Shown in pieces: positions 38,275 through 48,467 of a stretch of DNA of 64,000 nt. A program made the position numbers and the translations under genes. The notes beneath the pieces are model-generated. The model was not told the origin of the DNA, did no database searches, and saw nothing but the letters and a program-made list of their open reading frames with translations. The DNA comes from a bacterium (GTDB taxonomy: Bacteria > Patescibacteriota > Microgenomatia > Curtissbacterales > GWA2-41-24): NCBI GenBank assembly GCA_021813125.1, contig JAKALT010000002.1, positions 11,424-75,423 of the forward strand. The letters are read 5' to 3'. The first letter of the stretch is position 1. Each line of letters starts with the position of its first letter.

Positions 38275-38688
38275 TTGATGGCTAAATACCCTGAAGTTAC
38301 TGTAGGCGCGTTTATCCGCAATCAAAAAAATCAAATACTCTTAATAAAGTCTGCCAAATGGGGCAACAAGATCTATGTTGTTCCGGGTGGCCACATAGAA
38401 ATAGGCGAAACTATCGAAAATGCGCTTAAGAGGGAGGTGCTAGAAGAAATAGGTGTCGAAGTTGATTTTATCAGACTCGTTTCAATAAGTGAGGCAATAT
38501 TTCCTAATTTGTATTATAAAAGAAAACACTTTATCTTTCTTGAATGTGAATGTAAGATTAAAAATGGTCAAAAAATTAAGGTTGATAATCGGGAAATTCA
38601 AGAGGCCCGGTGGTTTAGTTTAAAAGATGCTCAAAAGCAAAATACGGATCCGTATACAAAGGCTGTCCTAAAAAAACTAGAAAGTTAA
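38275..38688 (+). CDS. NUDIX hydrolase
   Basis: Nudix box GGHIEIGETIENALKREVLEEIGVEV. Confidence 0.8.
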   Translation: MMAKYPEVTVGAFIRNQKNQILLIKSAKWGNKIYVVPGGHIEIGETIENALKREVLEEIGVEVDFIRLVSISEAIFPNLYYKRKHFIFLECECKIKNGQKIKVDNREIQEARWFSLKDAQKQNTDPYTKAVLKKLES

Positions 38689-38792
38689 ATAAATATCTCG
38701 CTTTTAATATTCCCGAATTTTCACTTGCTTTTTTCATATGTATATTCTTAAATAAAAGTGTAGCAGTAAATGTGGAAAGGAGGTGAGAATTT

Positions 38793-39461
38793 GTGATAAA
38801 TGATTTGTCTACTGCAGTTTCTTCAGCCATATTAAAATCACTTGCCGCTTTTATTAATTTCGTACCTGCCTTTATCGGCGGCTTGATAATTTTAATTGTC
38901 GGCCTTGTTATTGCAGCTGTCGTATATCGTGTCGTGTTTGGCCTTTTGAAAATGGTCCAGCTTGAGAAATTTTTGGCGAGGTACGGCGTCACTAAGCTAG
39001 AGGGTAAAGACATCGAATGGAGCGAAATTTTAGCAGAGTTAGGTAGATGGACTATAATAATTGTCTTTTTGGTGCCCACGCTTCAGGCATGGAGACTTGA
39101 TGCCGTTAATACGGTATTAAACAGGGTAATTTTGTACATTCCAAACGTAATTGTGGCTGTTATAGTTGCGATGGTCGGCCTTGCCTTTTCCAGACTCGGA
39201 TACAGAGTTGCCAGAAGCGCGAGTCAGTCGCTGGGAAAACACGTTTCCAATACTGTTGGGCTCGTTGCAGAATGGTCCATTATAGTCTTTGTTGCGTTTT
39301 TGGTCCTTCACCAGTTAGGTGTTGCGCAGGAGCTTCTTAGGATACTCTTTGCGGGCTTAGTGGCAATGCTTGCATTGGCAGGCGGGCTAGCATTTGGTCT
39401 TGGTGGCCAAGGAACAGCAAGGACTTTGCTTGAGGCTTTGATGGATAAGTTCAAGAAATAA
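38793..39461 (+). CDS. polytopic membrane protein (TM-helix repeat, MscS-N-terminal-like)
   Basis: GTG start with an AGGAGGTG SD. Repeated hydrophobic helices. Confidence 0.45.
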   Translation: MINDLSTAVSSAILKSLAAFINFVPAFIGGLIILIVGLVIAAVVYRVVFGLLKMVQLEKFLARYGVTKLEGKDIEWSEILAELGRWTIIIVFLVPTLQAWRLDAVNTVLNRVILYIPNVIVAVIVAMVGLAFSRLGYRVARSASQSLGKHVSNTVGLVAEWSIIVFVAFLVLHQLGVAQELLRILFAGLVAMLALAGGLAFGLGGQGTARTLLEALMDKFKK

Positions 39462-39544
39462 CTTTAGGCCCTAGACTTAAGGTTCTAGATTTTAGAGTTA
39501 TGTGTGTTGTGTGGTAAAATTTCCTAGCTTTGTTTTGAAGTTTT

Positions 39545-39616
39545 GGCTCCATCGTCTATCGGTTAGGACGGGACCCTTTCAAGGTCCAAAGCGGGGTTCG
39601 ATTCCCCGTGGAGCCA
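39545..39616 (+). tRNA. tRNA-Glu (anticodon TTC)
   Basis: Acceptor GGCTCCA/TGGAGCC, anticodon stem GGACC/GGTCC, loop CTTTCAA, T-arm CGGGG-TTCGATT-CCCCG. Confidence 0.8.
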
Positions 39617-39648
39617 CATAAGCTTTCAATTCTTGATATAATTTGTGA

Positions 39649-40029
39649 ATGGTTGAAAATCGCATTGGTTTGCCAAAAGCACCTATTGAAGAGCGCATTG
39701 TTAACAGTCTAGTTTTCCCCCTCCAACATTTAGAAAGTTGCATAGAACAATTGAGAGATGGTGCTGTGATTACCGGCGAAGCGCTGGAGCATCTTCGACA
39801 AAGTAACCGTGTCTGTCGAAGTATTAACATTGGTGTAGCCGTTTCTGGGCGTATAATCGGCACCGCATTGGTAAGAAGCACTACGGATGGAGTCAAAGGT
39901 AAACTTTTAAGAGCGAGTGGTGTTTTGATACTTGAACATGCAGCAAACCAAGCTAAAGCCGCTGACGAAAAGTTGCGAATGCAAGGCGTACTTAACTCAA
40001 AAGATTCGATTAGCAAGCACGATCTTTAA
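39649..40029 (+). CDS. hypothetical protein (uncertain; overlaps an antisense ORF)
   Basis: 126 aa with charged composition. I prefer it over the minus-strand ORF 39579-40016, which overlaps tRNA-Glu. Confidence 0.3.
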   Translation: MVENRIGLPKAPIEERIVNSLVFPLQHLESCIEQLRDGAVITGEALEHLRQSNRVCRSINIGVAVSGRIIGTALVRSTTDGVKGKLLRASGVLILEHAANQAKAADEKLRMQGVLNSKDSISKHDL

Positions 40030-40505
40030 TTTGTTGTGGAATTGTCATTAGCAAACCTGATCATCCATTTTGTAATCCTGCCACAAATTGTGTTTGTTAG
40101 TGTTTCACCGTTTTGAACTAAAAATTCTTGCAGGGCAACTAAATCATTAATACTACTTCTGCACTCTTCTTTAAACCATCCTTGCAAACACGGATTACTT
40201 TTTAAATCCTCTTGTTGCCTGATGCTTTGGGCTAAGGCTAGCGGGTTTCCTCTTATTTGCATATCCCCATCCAGGATATCGTCCATTTGCCTCATAAAAA
40301 AATATGAAGCCCTGGCAACTTGTCCAAGCTCTCTTTCTTTGCAAGAAAGGGCATAGAGGCCGAGCACTAACGTTATATGGCTTGGCGTATCTTTTTTAGC
40401 CAACCGTAAAGCTTCTCTTGCGTTTTCCCACTCAACACCCATATTCGATACGCCATTATCTAATACGAAGATACGAGGTTCAACAGCAGAGAGTAGAGCA
40501 CACAA
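40026..40505 (-). CDS. hypothetical protein; RQMDDILDGD resembles an isoprenoid-synthase aspartate-rich motif but the protein is too short
   Basis: 159 aa. Possibly a gene fragment. Confidence 0.35.
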   Translation of the reverse strand: MCALLSAVEPRIFVLDNGVSNMGVEWENAREALRLAKKDTPSHITLVLGLYALSCKERELGQVARASYFFMRQMDDILDGDMQIRGNPLALAQSIRQQEDLKSNPCLQGWFKEECRSSINDLVALQEFLVQNGETLTNTICGRITKWMIRFANDNSTTN

Positions 40506-40516
40506 AAAACAATAGT

Positions 40517-40978
40517 TTATTTAATAAGGAGAAACGCTCCAAGAACAATCAACAGTCCACCGATAACGGACTTGGCAGTAAGCGATTCTCCTAAAAACAA
40601 AGCAGCAAAAAGGATTACAAAAACTACACTTAGCCTGTCTATTGCGGAAACTGATGTTGCGGGGCCTAATTTGAGCGCAAAAAAATAAAAGAACCAGGAA
40701 AGGGCACCGGCAATGCCTGCTAATAAAATGTATAAATAGGCTTTATTGGAAATCTGGGATAGGTCCCATTTTCTCAAAAAAAGTGATGCCAGGATCAATA
40801 AAGCCGCCATCACTATTGCTCTTAGGGTAGTTGCTAGAGTTGTATCCACTTTCCCAAGCCCGATTTTGCCGAATATCGCAACGAGGGCTGCAAAGATTGC
40901 AGAAAGAGAAGCAAATATTAAATACATTTGTTTATTATAATTAGCAACCCCAGCGAAAACTAGATTGCGACTGAACAC
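40517..40978 (-). CDS. small EamA/DMT-superfamily membrane transporter
   Basis: 153 aa with four or five TM helices and an EamA-like pattern. Confidence 0.55.
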   Translation of the reverse strand: MFSRNLVFAGVANYNKQMYLIFASLSAIFAALVAIFGKIGLGKVDTTLATTLRAIVMAALLILASLFLRKWDLSQISNKAYLYILLAGIAGALSWFFYFFALKLGPATSVSAIDRLSVVFVILFAALFLGESLTAKSVIGGLLIVLGAFLLIK

Positions 40979-42912
40979 CTTGAAAGCTCTGCATTTACCG
41001 ACTGTTTTAGGTTCATATCATTGTAACTTTTTTGCTGCATTTCGCGAGCAAAATTCAAAGCCAGATCACATTTATTCTGTCTTGCGTTAATTACCGACAT
41101 ATAGAAACTGAAGATTGGATCTTTGGGAATTATACTTCTTGATTCAACCGCCAGTTTTGTCGCCGCTTCTAGGTCATTTTTGTTATTTAAATAGTACAAA
41201 ACCAGTTGCGAGCGCGCAAAAGCGTTTTTGTTGTCAAAACCGATTAAATCATGGAGCTGTTTTACTGCCTGATCCTCGTCTTTTGTATCAAACGACAGAT
41301 TTAAGGGATAATATGCTTTTTGTGCCTGAATTTTGGACAAATCAACAGGCAATTTTTCAATGACATCGCTCCTTGCGTAAACTATGGCATCCGAATCAAC
41401 ATAGACTAATTTCCAGTTCGGCAACCTGTAGACAGGAGTAAAATTATCGTAAATAGAATCGTATTGACTATTTACTACGGTATCGATATTGTAAATGTGT
41501 ATTAATTCTTGCCAATTTTCTGTACCCGCGCTGAGGTTACCTTCATTTTTTAAATCCTCTGCCGTACGAAAGTCCCAAAGAGAGTCTGAGAATGTTTTTG
41601 TACCTGGCAAATACCAAAGAAAATAATTATCCCAAAGTTTCGACGTAAAAATTCGACGGGAGTTTAGGTTGTTAAAGATAAAGGATGGAATACCGGGTGG
41701 AAATTGTTCCGTCCAACCAAAATTCCGAACTGCAATATAATTTCCTTTTGCATCTTGATTGTACCGCCAATATTGACGCCATCCTAATACGTGGCCAACA
41801 AGTACTGAACCAACTGTCAATGAAAGTATTACAAGGTAAACGGTTGCCAGGGCGTATTTAAAAATTGATTTATTGAAATTTGCTTTAGTTATTAGAGAAA
41901 ACAGATAAGGGAAAATTATCACGATACTTGCCGATATATAGCGAAAATACTTAAAGGGAATTAAGAATATTGCAAAGTATATTGCAAATTGTGCATGTTT
42001 AAAATAATTTTTTGGCTTTTTAAAAAGATAGACTGCTTGTAAGACAAATAATATTAGTAAGACAATTACGTAGCCGTATATTTCAAATGGTATCTGGTTA
42101 ATGTAATCCATTTTGATCTTTCCAAGTCTTTGTGTAATTGAATCCATTTCGCCTACGTCAAAATTTCCAACAAGATTAACCTGAGAGAAGTAGAATGTTT
42201 TGCTAAATTGGAGAGTTGCAACTAATAGAGAAATCAGTGCAATAGATAAAAATAGTTTTAGGCTTTTGTCAAAAACTTTATATTTAAGACCCGAAAAGGC
42301 CGCCCACGCTGTCCAAAAAGATAGTATTACGTAACCTACAACCACAAAAGGGTGCATATTTGGCCAAGCCAAAAAAACCAAAGGCAATAACCACGCAAGT
42401 TTTGACAAACGCTTTTTTGAGCATTGGTAAAAACAGATATAATTTATAAGCGTAAGGGATAACAAACTAAAATTTTCCACCCGGTCGAGACTTAACCTAG
42501 CAGTTATTACATAACCTAAAAAGATCAGTGCAGTGTTAGTCAGTAGGTTATTTTCAATGAAAATCTTTATTGTTAAGTAAATGAAAAAAATAATGCCTAG
42601 CCCGAAAAAAATTCTCTCTAAATAGATGGTTTTTAAGCCCAAAATATGAACAGGCACGTACATTAAAAAACTTGAAAGCCATTCTGTTGAGCGATTTAGG
42701 TAGAATTCATTTCTACTTGAACCATAAACAAATCCGTCATTACTTGGTACGCTTTTTTGCTGCCATATTTGTCTTCCAAGCGAGAGGTGCCAATAAGAAT
42801 CAGTGGACCCTGGAGCCGTGTGAGATCTGACGAAATATATACAAAGAAGAATAAACGTAAAAAGGGTTAATAAGCTTATTTGCTTAAGTTTACCAATGAA
42901 ATAATTGAACAC
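40960..42912 (-). CDS. large polytopic membrane protein with C-terminal TPR-like region (putative GT-C-type glycosyltransferase)
   Basis: 650 aa with more than ten TM helices then a soluble helical-repeat C-terminus. Confidence 0.4.
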   Translation of the reverse strand: MFNYFIGKLKQISLLTLFTFILLCIYFVRSHTAPGSTDSYWHLSLGRQIWQQKSVPSNDGFVYGSSRNEFYLNRSTEWLSSFLMYVPVHILGLKTIYLERIFFGLGIIFFIYLTIKIFIENNLLTNTALIFLGYVITARLSLDRVENFSLLSLTLINYICFYQCSKKRLSKLAWLLPLVFLAWPNMHPFVVVGYVILSFWTAWAAFSGLKYKVFDKSLKLFLSIALISLLVATLQFSKTFYFSQVNLVGNFDVGEMDSITQRLGKIKMDYINQIPFEIYGYVIVLLILFVLQAVYLFKKPKNYFKHAQFAIYFAIFLIPFKYFRYISASIVIIFPYLFSLITKANFNKSIFKYALATVYLVILSLTVGSVLVGHVLGWRQYWRYNQDAKGNYIAVRNFGWTEQFPPGIPSFIFNNLNSRRIFTSKLWDNYFLWYLPGTKTFSDSLWDFRTAEDLKNEGNLSAGTENWQELIHIYNIDTVVNSQYDSIYDNFTPVYRLPNWKLVYVDSDAIVYARSDVIEKLPVDLSKIQAQKAYYPLNLSFDTKDEDQAVKQLHDLIGFDNKNAFARSQLVLYYLNNKNDLEAATKLAVESRSIIPKDPIFSFYMSVINARQNKCDLALNFAREMQQKSYNDMNLKQSVNAELSRCSVAI

Positions 42913-42954
42913 GTCACATTAATATAATCAAATTTACTTATAATGAGAAGGCGG

Positions 42955-43599
42955 TTATTTTGAAAAGTACTTTGTGCTTTTGAGAAAACCTATCGAAAGA
43001 ACTCCGAAAAGTGCGCCGAGAAGTATCCCTCCTACAACATCGCTTAACCAGTGTTCTCCGAGATAAATTCTAGATATTGCCATCAGCAGCAATGATATAA
43101 CAAAAAAAGTTGATGCTGAAACTCTATTTTTAGAGGAAGACAAATAATAAAGGAGCAGCACAATTATAAAGGTCGTTCTAAACATATGTCCCGAAGGATA
43201 AGAATAGTTTGTGTGAACGTATGTTGTTGGGAACAAAATATCTACGTGGCGAAAAAACAGCTTAGGTGGAGAAGGGTGAAATAAGTACAGTTTTCCACTT
43301 AGCTCTGCCAGCGTTCCGATTATAAACGCGAAAACAACGTATATTGCCGGTTTTATGCTTCTGCCATATTTGGAAATTAAAATTGCCGCTAAAACAGCAG
43401 CAGTTACCTCAAACGAACCCAAAAAACTCAAAAATGAAAAAGGTAGGTCAAGCAAATGGGGTATTACTTTTTGGAAAAAGATTGTTGCCTGGGTGTCTAA
43501 TTTTGCGAAGAAATTTAATCCGACAACAACTGTGAAGGTTACAAATAAGCCAAAAAACCCAAGGGCTTGAGTTTTTAACCTTTCATTTTTTTTGGACAT
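42955..43599 (-). CDS. PAP2-family phosphatase
   Basis: SYPSGHMF and SRIYLGEHWLSDVVGG PAP2 motifs. Confidence 0.75.
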   Translation of the reverse strand: MSKKNERLKTQALGFFGLFVTFTVVVGLNFFAKLDTQATIFFQKVIPHLLDLPFSFLSFLGSFEVTAAVLAAILISKYGRSIKPAIYVVFAFIIGTLAELSGKLYLFHPSPPKLFFRHVDILFPTTYVHTNYSYPSGHMFRTTFIIVLLLYYLSSSKNRVSASTFFVISLLLMAISRIYLGEHWLSDVVGGILLGALFGVLSIGFLKSTKYFSK

Positions 43600-43628
43600 T
43601 AGTTAATTTTAGCAAATGGAATTATCAG

Positions 43629-43904
43629 ATGCTTTTTTATATAATCTTTAAAGTGTTGAAAATTGTACTTTACACAACAACGACTTGTCCGTTTTGCAAA
43701 ATGCAAAAGGATTACCTAAAGTCCAAAAATATAGATTTTTCCGAAATACTAGTTGATGAAAATCCCGAAGAGGCTCAAAAAATGATTGAACTTTCGGGGC
43801 AATTAGGCGTTCCTTTTACGGTTATCACAAAAGACGACGGCTCTTTGGAAAAAATCTTAGGTTTTGACAAAGCAAGGCTTGATTCAATTTTGGGATTTAA
43901 CTGA
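43629..43904 (+). CDS. glutaredoxin-like protein
   Basis: CPFC active site in a thioredoxin fold (YTTTTCPFCKMQKDYL). Confidence 0.75.
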   Translation: MLFYIIFKVLKIVLYTTTTCPFCKMQKDYLKSKNIDFSEILVDENPEEAQKMIELSGQLGVPFTVITKDDGSLEKILGFDKARLDSILGFN

Positions 43905-43914
43905 CTTCTGACAT

Positions 43915-44760
43915 TTATTTACCTGCGCAGAGAGTGTTGAGAGAATTGATATCGCTTTGCGTTGGTTTTAAGGATTCTGTTGTATAGGGATACATGATTG
44001 AGCTTGAGTCTTCGTTATGGCTAATTCCCAGCGCGTGCCCTAATTCGTGCGCAATTGTGTGTTCGAGCTCATTTTTTGTGCTGTTAAAATAAATTTCAAT
44101 TCTGTTTTCCTGGCCAATATACAGGCCTTCTTCGGGTTTTTGGGCAAGTTCCGCATTAAACTTTTCGATTTTTTGATTAAGATTTTTAACGTTACTGTTG
44201 TAATTTGCTGTCTGCAAATTCAGCTTTTGGGCTAAAGTATTAATGCTGTCCGACTGCTTTTGAAGATCTTGCTGCTGCTTTATAAGTTTATTATATTCAT
44301 CCGGAGGTGCTCCCCCTTTTTGATTCCAGTAATCAATTTGACTGTTTAAATTGGCGACACGAGTTTTAAAATCGGCTACAAGCTGATTATATTGGGCTAT
44401 TTGAGGCTGAAGATCTTGTTTGCCACCTTGAAGAGTGTTTTCTAAATTGTTGATTTGGCTTGTTAAAGCTTGCCTTTGGTCGTAAATCATGTTTATTTGC
44501 AGTTTTGCATTTGGGTCGTATGCAAATAATTGCTTTCCTTCTGCTTTATTCCATATATCCGCAGCACTTTGGATGTCAGACTTAAGTTGGTCTTGCGAGA
44601 TATTGAAGCGGCTGTCAACAAAACCTATGCTGTAGTACGTTGGTTTGTCGCAGGGCGATTTGTTAAGTAGCTTTTCAACGTTGAAAGTTTTAGGGTAAAC
44701 GTGCGTTAAGACAACCGCAATTATTGTTATATAGATTGCAAAATAGGCAAGCTTTTTCAT
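43915..44760 (-). CDS. matrixin-family (M10) zinc metalloprotease with N-terminal anchor and coiled coil
   Basis: HELGHALGISH zinc-binding motif and an SIMYP Met-turn. Confidence 0.8.
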   Translation of the reverse strand: MKKLAYFAIYITIIAVVLTHVYPKTFNVEKLLNKSPCDKPTYYSIGFVDSRFNISQDQLKSDIQSAADIWNKAEGKQLFAYDPNAKLQINMIYDQRQALTSQINNLENTLQGGKQDLQPQIAQYNQLVADFKTRVANLNSQIDYWNQKGGAPPDEYNKLIKQQQDLQKQSDSINTLAQKLNLQTANYNSNVKNLNQKIEKFNAELAQKPEEGLYIGQENRIEIYFNSTKNELEHTIAHELGHALGISHNEDSSSIMYPYTTESLKPTQSDINSLNTLCAGK

Positions 44761-44795
44761 TATCTGCCACTATTTTACTTGATTAGGAAAATTTT

Positions 44796-46160
44796 TTGTT
44801 TAATACTAAAATAGTGCGGTTAACTTTTTTTGGGGCCACGCGTGAGGTTACAGGTTCAAGTATCCTAATTGAGGCAGCCAACCGGAAGATCCTTTTGGAT
44901 TGCGGACTCTTTCAGGGAACTAAGTCGAGCGAGGAAAGAAACTATGCTCCATTTTCATTTAGAGCAGCCGACATTGATTTTGTTGTAATTTGTCATGCCC
45001 ATTTAGACCATACGGGCAGACTGCCCAAGCTGGCGCGGGAAGGGTTTCGCGGGAAGGTTTTTGCAACAGCGCCCACGCGAGAACTTACTCAGCTTGTTTT
45101 GGAAGACAGTGAAAAGCTTATGGAAGAAAAAGCGGAGCGTGAAAATATTCCACCACTTTACGAACTTGAGGATGTAGCGAGAATACTTGAGCTGTTTGAG
45201 GCTCTTGCCTACGAAGAAACCATTGAAATTTCTCCGGGGATTAAACTGACCTTAAAAAACGCCGGACACATACTCGGATCTGCCATTGCTATTGTAGAGA
45301 GCGAAGGCGTTAGAGTTGCCTATTCAAGCGATTTGGGCAATGTTCCCTCTTTACTTTTGAACCCGCCCGCCCATGTAGATAACGCCGATTACGTTATTTG
45401 TGAAAGCACTTACGGTGGAAGGGTACACGAGGATATAAAATTGAGAAAGTTGAAACTTGCCGAAGTTATAAATAATACTATAGCCCAGAACGGAATATTG
45501 ATGATTCCAAGTTTTGCCATTGAGCGAACCCAAGAGCTTCTTCATGATATTGAGGATTTTTGTTCAATCTCAGGATGCGAAAGACCTACGTTTTATCTGG
45601 ACAGCCCTCTAGCGCAAAAGGTAACTGCAGTCTTTGGAAAATACCCGGAATACTTGAGCGAAACGTTAAGGAAAAACCATAAGAACAAAAACTTTTTTGG
45701 GCTTGAGCGAATTCATTTTGCAAATACTGTAGAGGAATCAAAACAACTGGAGTTTGCGCCAAACCCCAAAGTTATTATCGCGGGATCGGGCATGATGAAC
45801 GGCGGCAGAATTCTTCATCATCTTTTAAATTTTGCAGGGGACGGCAAGAACAGCATTCTGATTTTGGGTTACCAGGCCCAGGGGACTTTAGGCAGAAAAA
45901 TATTTGAAGGCAATCGAGAGATTAAGATTTACGGCAAAAAGATTATCGTAAATGCCCAGATTAAGTCGATTGGCTCTTACAGCGCTCATGCAGATATGCC
46001 ACAGCTTATAGACTGGCTTTCCTATTCCAAAAACGTCAAAACGATTTTTTTAACGCATGGTGAAGTTGACCAGCAGTTAACCTTATCCTCGAAAATCAAA
46101 TCCGAGCTCGGCAAGCAGGTCGTTATCCCGCAAATGGGTGAATCACATGACTTATACTAG
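44796..46160 (+). CDS. MBL-fold beta-CASP ribonuclease (RNase J-like)
   Basis: ICHAHLDHTG (HxHxDH) plus a beta-CASP region. Confidence 0.7.
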   Translation: MFNTKIVRLTFFGATREVTGSSILIEAANRKILLDCGLFQGTKSSEERNYAPFSFRAADIDFVVICHAHLDHTGRLPKLAREGFRGKVFATAPTRELTQLVLEDSEKLMEEKAERENIPPLYELEDVARILELFEALAYEETIEISPGIKLTLKNAGHILGSAIAIVESEGVRVAYSSDLGNVPSLLLNPPAHVDNADYVICESTYGGRVHEDIKLRKLKLAEVINNTIAQNGILMIPSFAIERTQELLHDIEDFCSISGCERPTFYLDSPLAQKVTAVFGKYPEYLSETLRKNHKNKNFFGLERIHFANTVEESKQLEFAPNPKVIIAGSGMMNGGRILHHLLNFAGDGKNSILILGYQAQGTLGRKIFEGNREIKIYGKKIIVNAQIKSIGSYSAHADMPQLIDWLSYSKNVKTIFLTHGEVDQQLTLSSKIKSELGKQVVIPQMGESHDLY

Positions 46161-46166
46161 AAAAAA

Positions 46167-46811
46167 ATGGCAAAAATAGTACCGGGAATATTGACAGCAG
46201 ACGAGAAGGTGTACATTGAAAGACTACGCTTGGCCGAACATTTAAGTGATCTTATACAGATCGATGTAGTTGACGGGAAGTTTTCAAAAAATATAACAGT
46301 CGGCGCTGAAATTATCGAAAAGTACCCTTCAAGTTCATTTTTGGAAATACAGCTTATGGTTTTGGACCCGATACCTTACATAAGTGCCTTGGGGCAACTT
46401 GAATTTGTTTCCAGAATAATTTTTCCATTTGAAATCACTGTAAACCGAAATGAGGCCGTTTATTCTATCAAGAAATTCGACAAACAGGTTGGCCTTTCGT
46501 TGAACCCTGATACTCCTGTCGAGGATGCTTATGATTATTTTAGTGATTTGGACCTGCTGCTTCTTATGACCGGAAACCCCGGATACTCGGGCCAGGCGCT
46601 TGGAAAAGATACTTTTAAAAGAATTAAAGAAGCAAAACTTTTGGATTTAACGCTTCCCCTTGAAATTGATATAGGGGTTAATGAGGAGAATACGAGGCAG
46701 CTTGCTTTGGCGGGGGCTGATTTTTTAGTAACGTCATCGGCAATTTTTAATGCTAAGGATACTAAAGTTGCCTTCGATAAACTTGATATGCTTGCTAAAG
46801 TTAAACGATAA
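46167..46811 (+). CDS. rpe: ribulose-phosphate 3-epimerase
   Basis: IVPGILTAD ... DVVDGKF ... LMTGNPGYSGQ ... VTSSAIF match Rpe motifs. Confidence 0.7.
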   Translation: MAKIVPGILTADEKVYIERLRLAEHLSDLIQIDVVDGKFSKNITVGAEIIEKYPSSSFLEIQLMVLDPIPYISALGQLEFVSRIIFPFEITVNRNEAVYSIKKFDKQVGLSLNPDTPVEDAYDYFSDLDLLLLMTGNPGYSGQALGKDTFKRIKEAKLLDLTLPLEIDIGVNEENTRQLALAGADFLVTSSAIFNAKDTKVAFDKLDMLAKVKR

Positions 46812-46835
46812 TAGTATAAGATCCATTTAACAAAA

Positions 46836-47471
46836 ATGCTTAAAAAGCCTGTCCGTTCTGTTTTTGGCGAGGAAGCCCAGATTAAAAACATCACTTTTTT
46901 AGGTTATGCAGACGCAAAAGAAGCTGATGACCCCTTTAAGTCGGCTTTTAAAACTGCGGCGTTATGCGCAAAACACGGTTACACGGTTGTTAACGGAGCT
47001 GGCCCGGGAATAATGAAAGCGGCAACGCTTGGAGCACAAAGTGAAGGCGGAAAAACGATCGGTGTGACTTTCTACCCAAAGGACATACCTGTTTTTGAAG
47101 GGCGTGACGAGACTAATAAAGTAGATGAGCTGATTGTTGAGAAAAATTATTTAGAAAGGACGCTGAAGCTTCTTGAAATTGGCCAAGTTTTTATTATTTT
47201 TAACGGAGGAACCGGAACAATTTCCGAATTCGGAATGGCCTGGGGGCTGGCAAGGCTTTATTTTGGGCACCATAAGCCACTTATTCTCTTCGGTGATTTC
47301 TGGCAGGAGATTATTTTCGCATTTACACGAGGGATGTATATAAGGCCAGAGGAACGGCTGGTTTTTCAAATTGTAAACAAGCCCGAAGATGCAATAAAGG
47401 CAATTGAAGAATTAAAAAAAGAATTCAAACCGTCTGATCACAACCATCAGCATCCAACTTTTTCTATTTAG
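46836..47471 (+). CDS. LOG-family (TIGR00730) Rossmann-fold nucleotide-binding protein
   Basis: FNGGTGTISEFG and GAGPGIMKA motifs. Confidence 0.7.
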   Translation: MLKKPVRSVFGEEAQIKNITFLGYADAKEADDPFKSAFKTAALCAKHGYTVVNGAGPGIMKAATLGAQSEGGKTIGVTFYPKDIPVFEGRDETNKVDELIVEKNYLERTLKLLEIGQVFIIFNGGTGTISEFGMAWGLARLYFGHHKPLILFGDFWQEIIFAFTRGMYIRPEERLVFQIVNKPEDAIKAIEELKKEFKPSDHNHQHPTFSI

Positions 47472-48467
47472 ATGGGCAAAGCAATTGACCTTATAACTGT
47501 TGGAGACTCTACAATCGACACTTACATAAAAATTGAGGACGCTTCTGTTTTTTGTGATATTAATTCCAAAGACTGCAAAATTTGCATTGAATACGGCAGC
47601 AAAATCCCTGTTGAAGCAATAGCCCATGGGGTAGCCGGAAACGCTGCCAATGTCGCTGTGGCGACATCAGTACTCGGTCTTAAGTCAGGAATCTATACCA
47701 ACCTCGGGAAAGACACTCAAGGAGATCTAATAAAAAATGCGCTGGTCTCAAAGGGTGTTTTGGCAGATTACATAGTAGAGTCTTCCGATAAAAGTTCAAA
47801 TCTATCGGTTGTTTTAACCTTTCAAGGAGAGAGGACAATTTTTGTTTATCACCAAAATTGGGATTATAAATTACCGGTGGATATGACGCCTTCAGGTTGG
47901 CTCTATCTAACTTCCATGGCAGAAACGTTCACCAAATCTAATCTGATGGAAGAGGTTTGCAGATATGTTGACAAGACAGGTTCAAAACTTGTTTTTGCGC
48001 CGGGAACTTATCAGCTTAAAGCCGACATTAAAAAATATCCGAGGGTTTTGGAACGGTGTGAAATTTTGATAGTAAATTTAGAAGAAGCGCGCAAAATTTT
48101 GGGTCTTGAGGACCTGGACGGGATTAACATTCGCGATATCCTTTCCAAATTACTGCTTATGGGGCCCAAAATAGTTGTAGTCACAAGCGGCGATGAGGGT
48201 TCTTACGCTTCCGACGGGAAAGAATATTTACGACTGGGCATTTACCCAACGCATGTTGTTGAAAAAACCGGCGCCGGGGATGCATATTCGGCTGCATTTG
48301 TAAGTGCTCTAAATTACGGTATGAAGTTTAGTGAAGCCATGGTGTGGGGTTCTATAAATTCCGCCCATGCAATTTCTTCGATTGGTGCGCAAAATGGCCT
48401 GATGGGCCGTGAAGAAATAGAGAGATACCGCGCTACTGTCCCAGAATTTGTGGCAAGCGCCCTCTAA
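47472..48467 (+). CDS. PfkB-family carbohydrate kinase (ribokinase-like)
   Basis: GAGDAYSAAF signature with a ribokinase-like N-terminus. Confidence 0.8.
   Translation: MGKAIDLITVGDSTIDTYIKIEDASVFCDINSKDCKICIEYGSKIPVEAIAHGVAGNAANVAVATSVLGLKSGIYTNLGKDTQGDLIKNALVSKGVLADYIVESSDKSSNLSVVLTFQGERTIFVYHQNWDYKLPVDMTPSGWLYLTSMAETFTKSNLMEEVCRYVDKTGSKLVFAPGTYQLKADIKKYPRVLERCEILIVNLEEARKILGLEDLDGINIRDILSKLLLMGPKIVVVTSGDEGSYASDGKEYLRLGIYPTHVVEKTGAGDAYSAAFVSALNYGMKFSEAMVWGSINSAHAISSIGAQNGLMGREEIERYRATVPEFVASAL

Noticed and set aside
39579-40016. 145-aa minus-strand ORF
   Set aside because: It overlaps the tRNA-Glu gene and the plus-strand ORF. Cys/Ser-rich odd composition suggests an antisense artefact.
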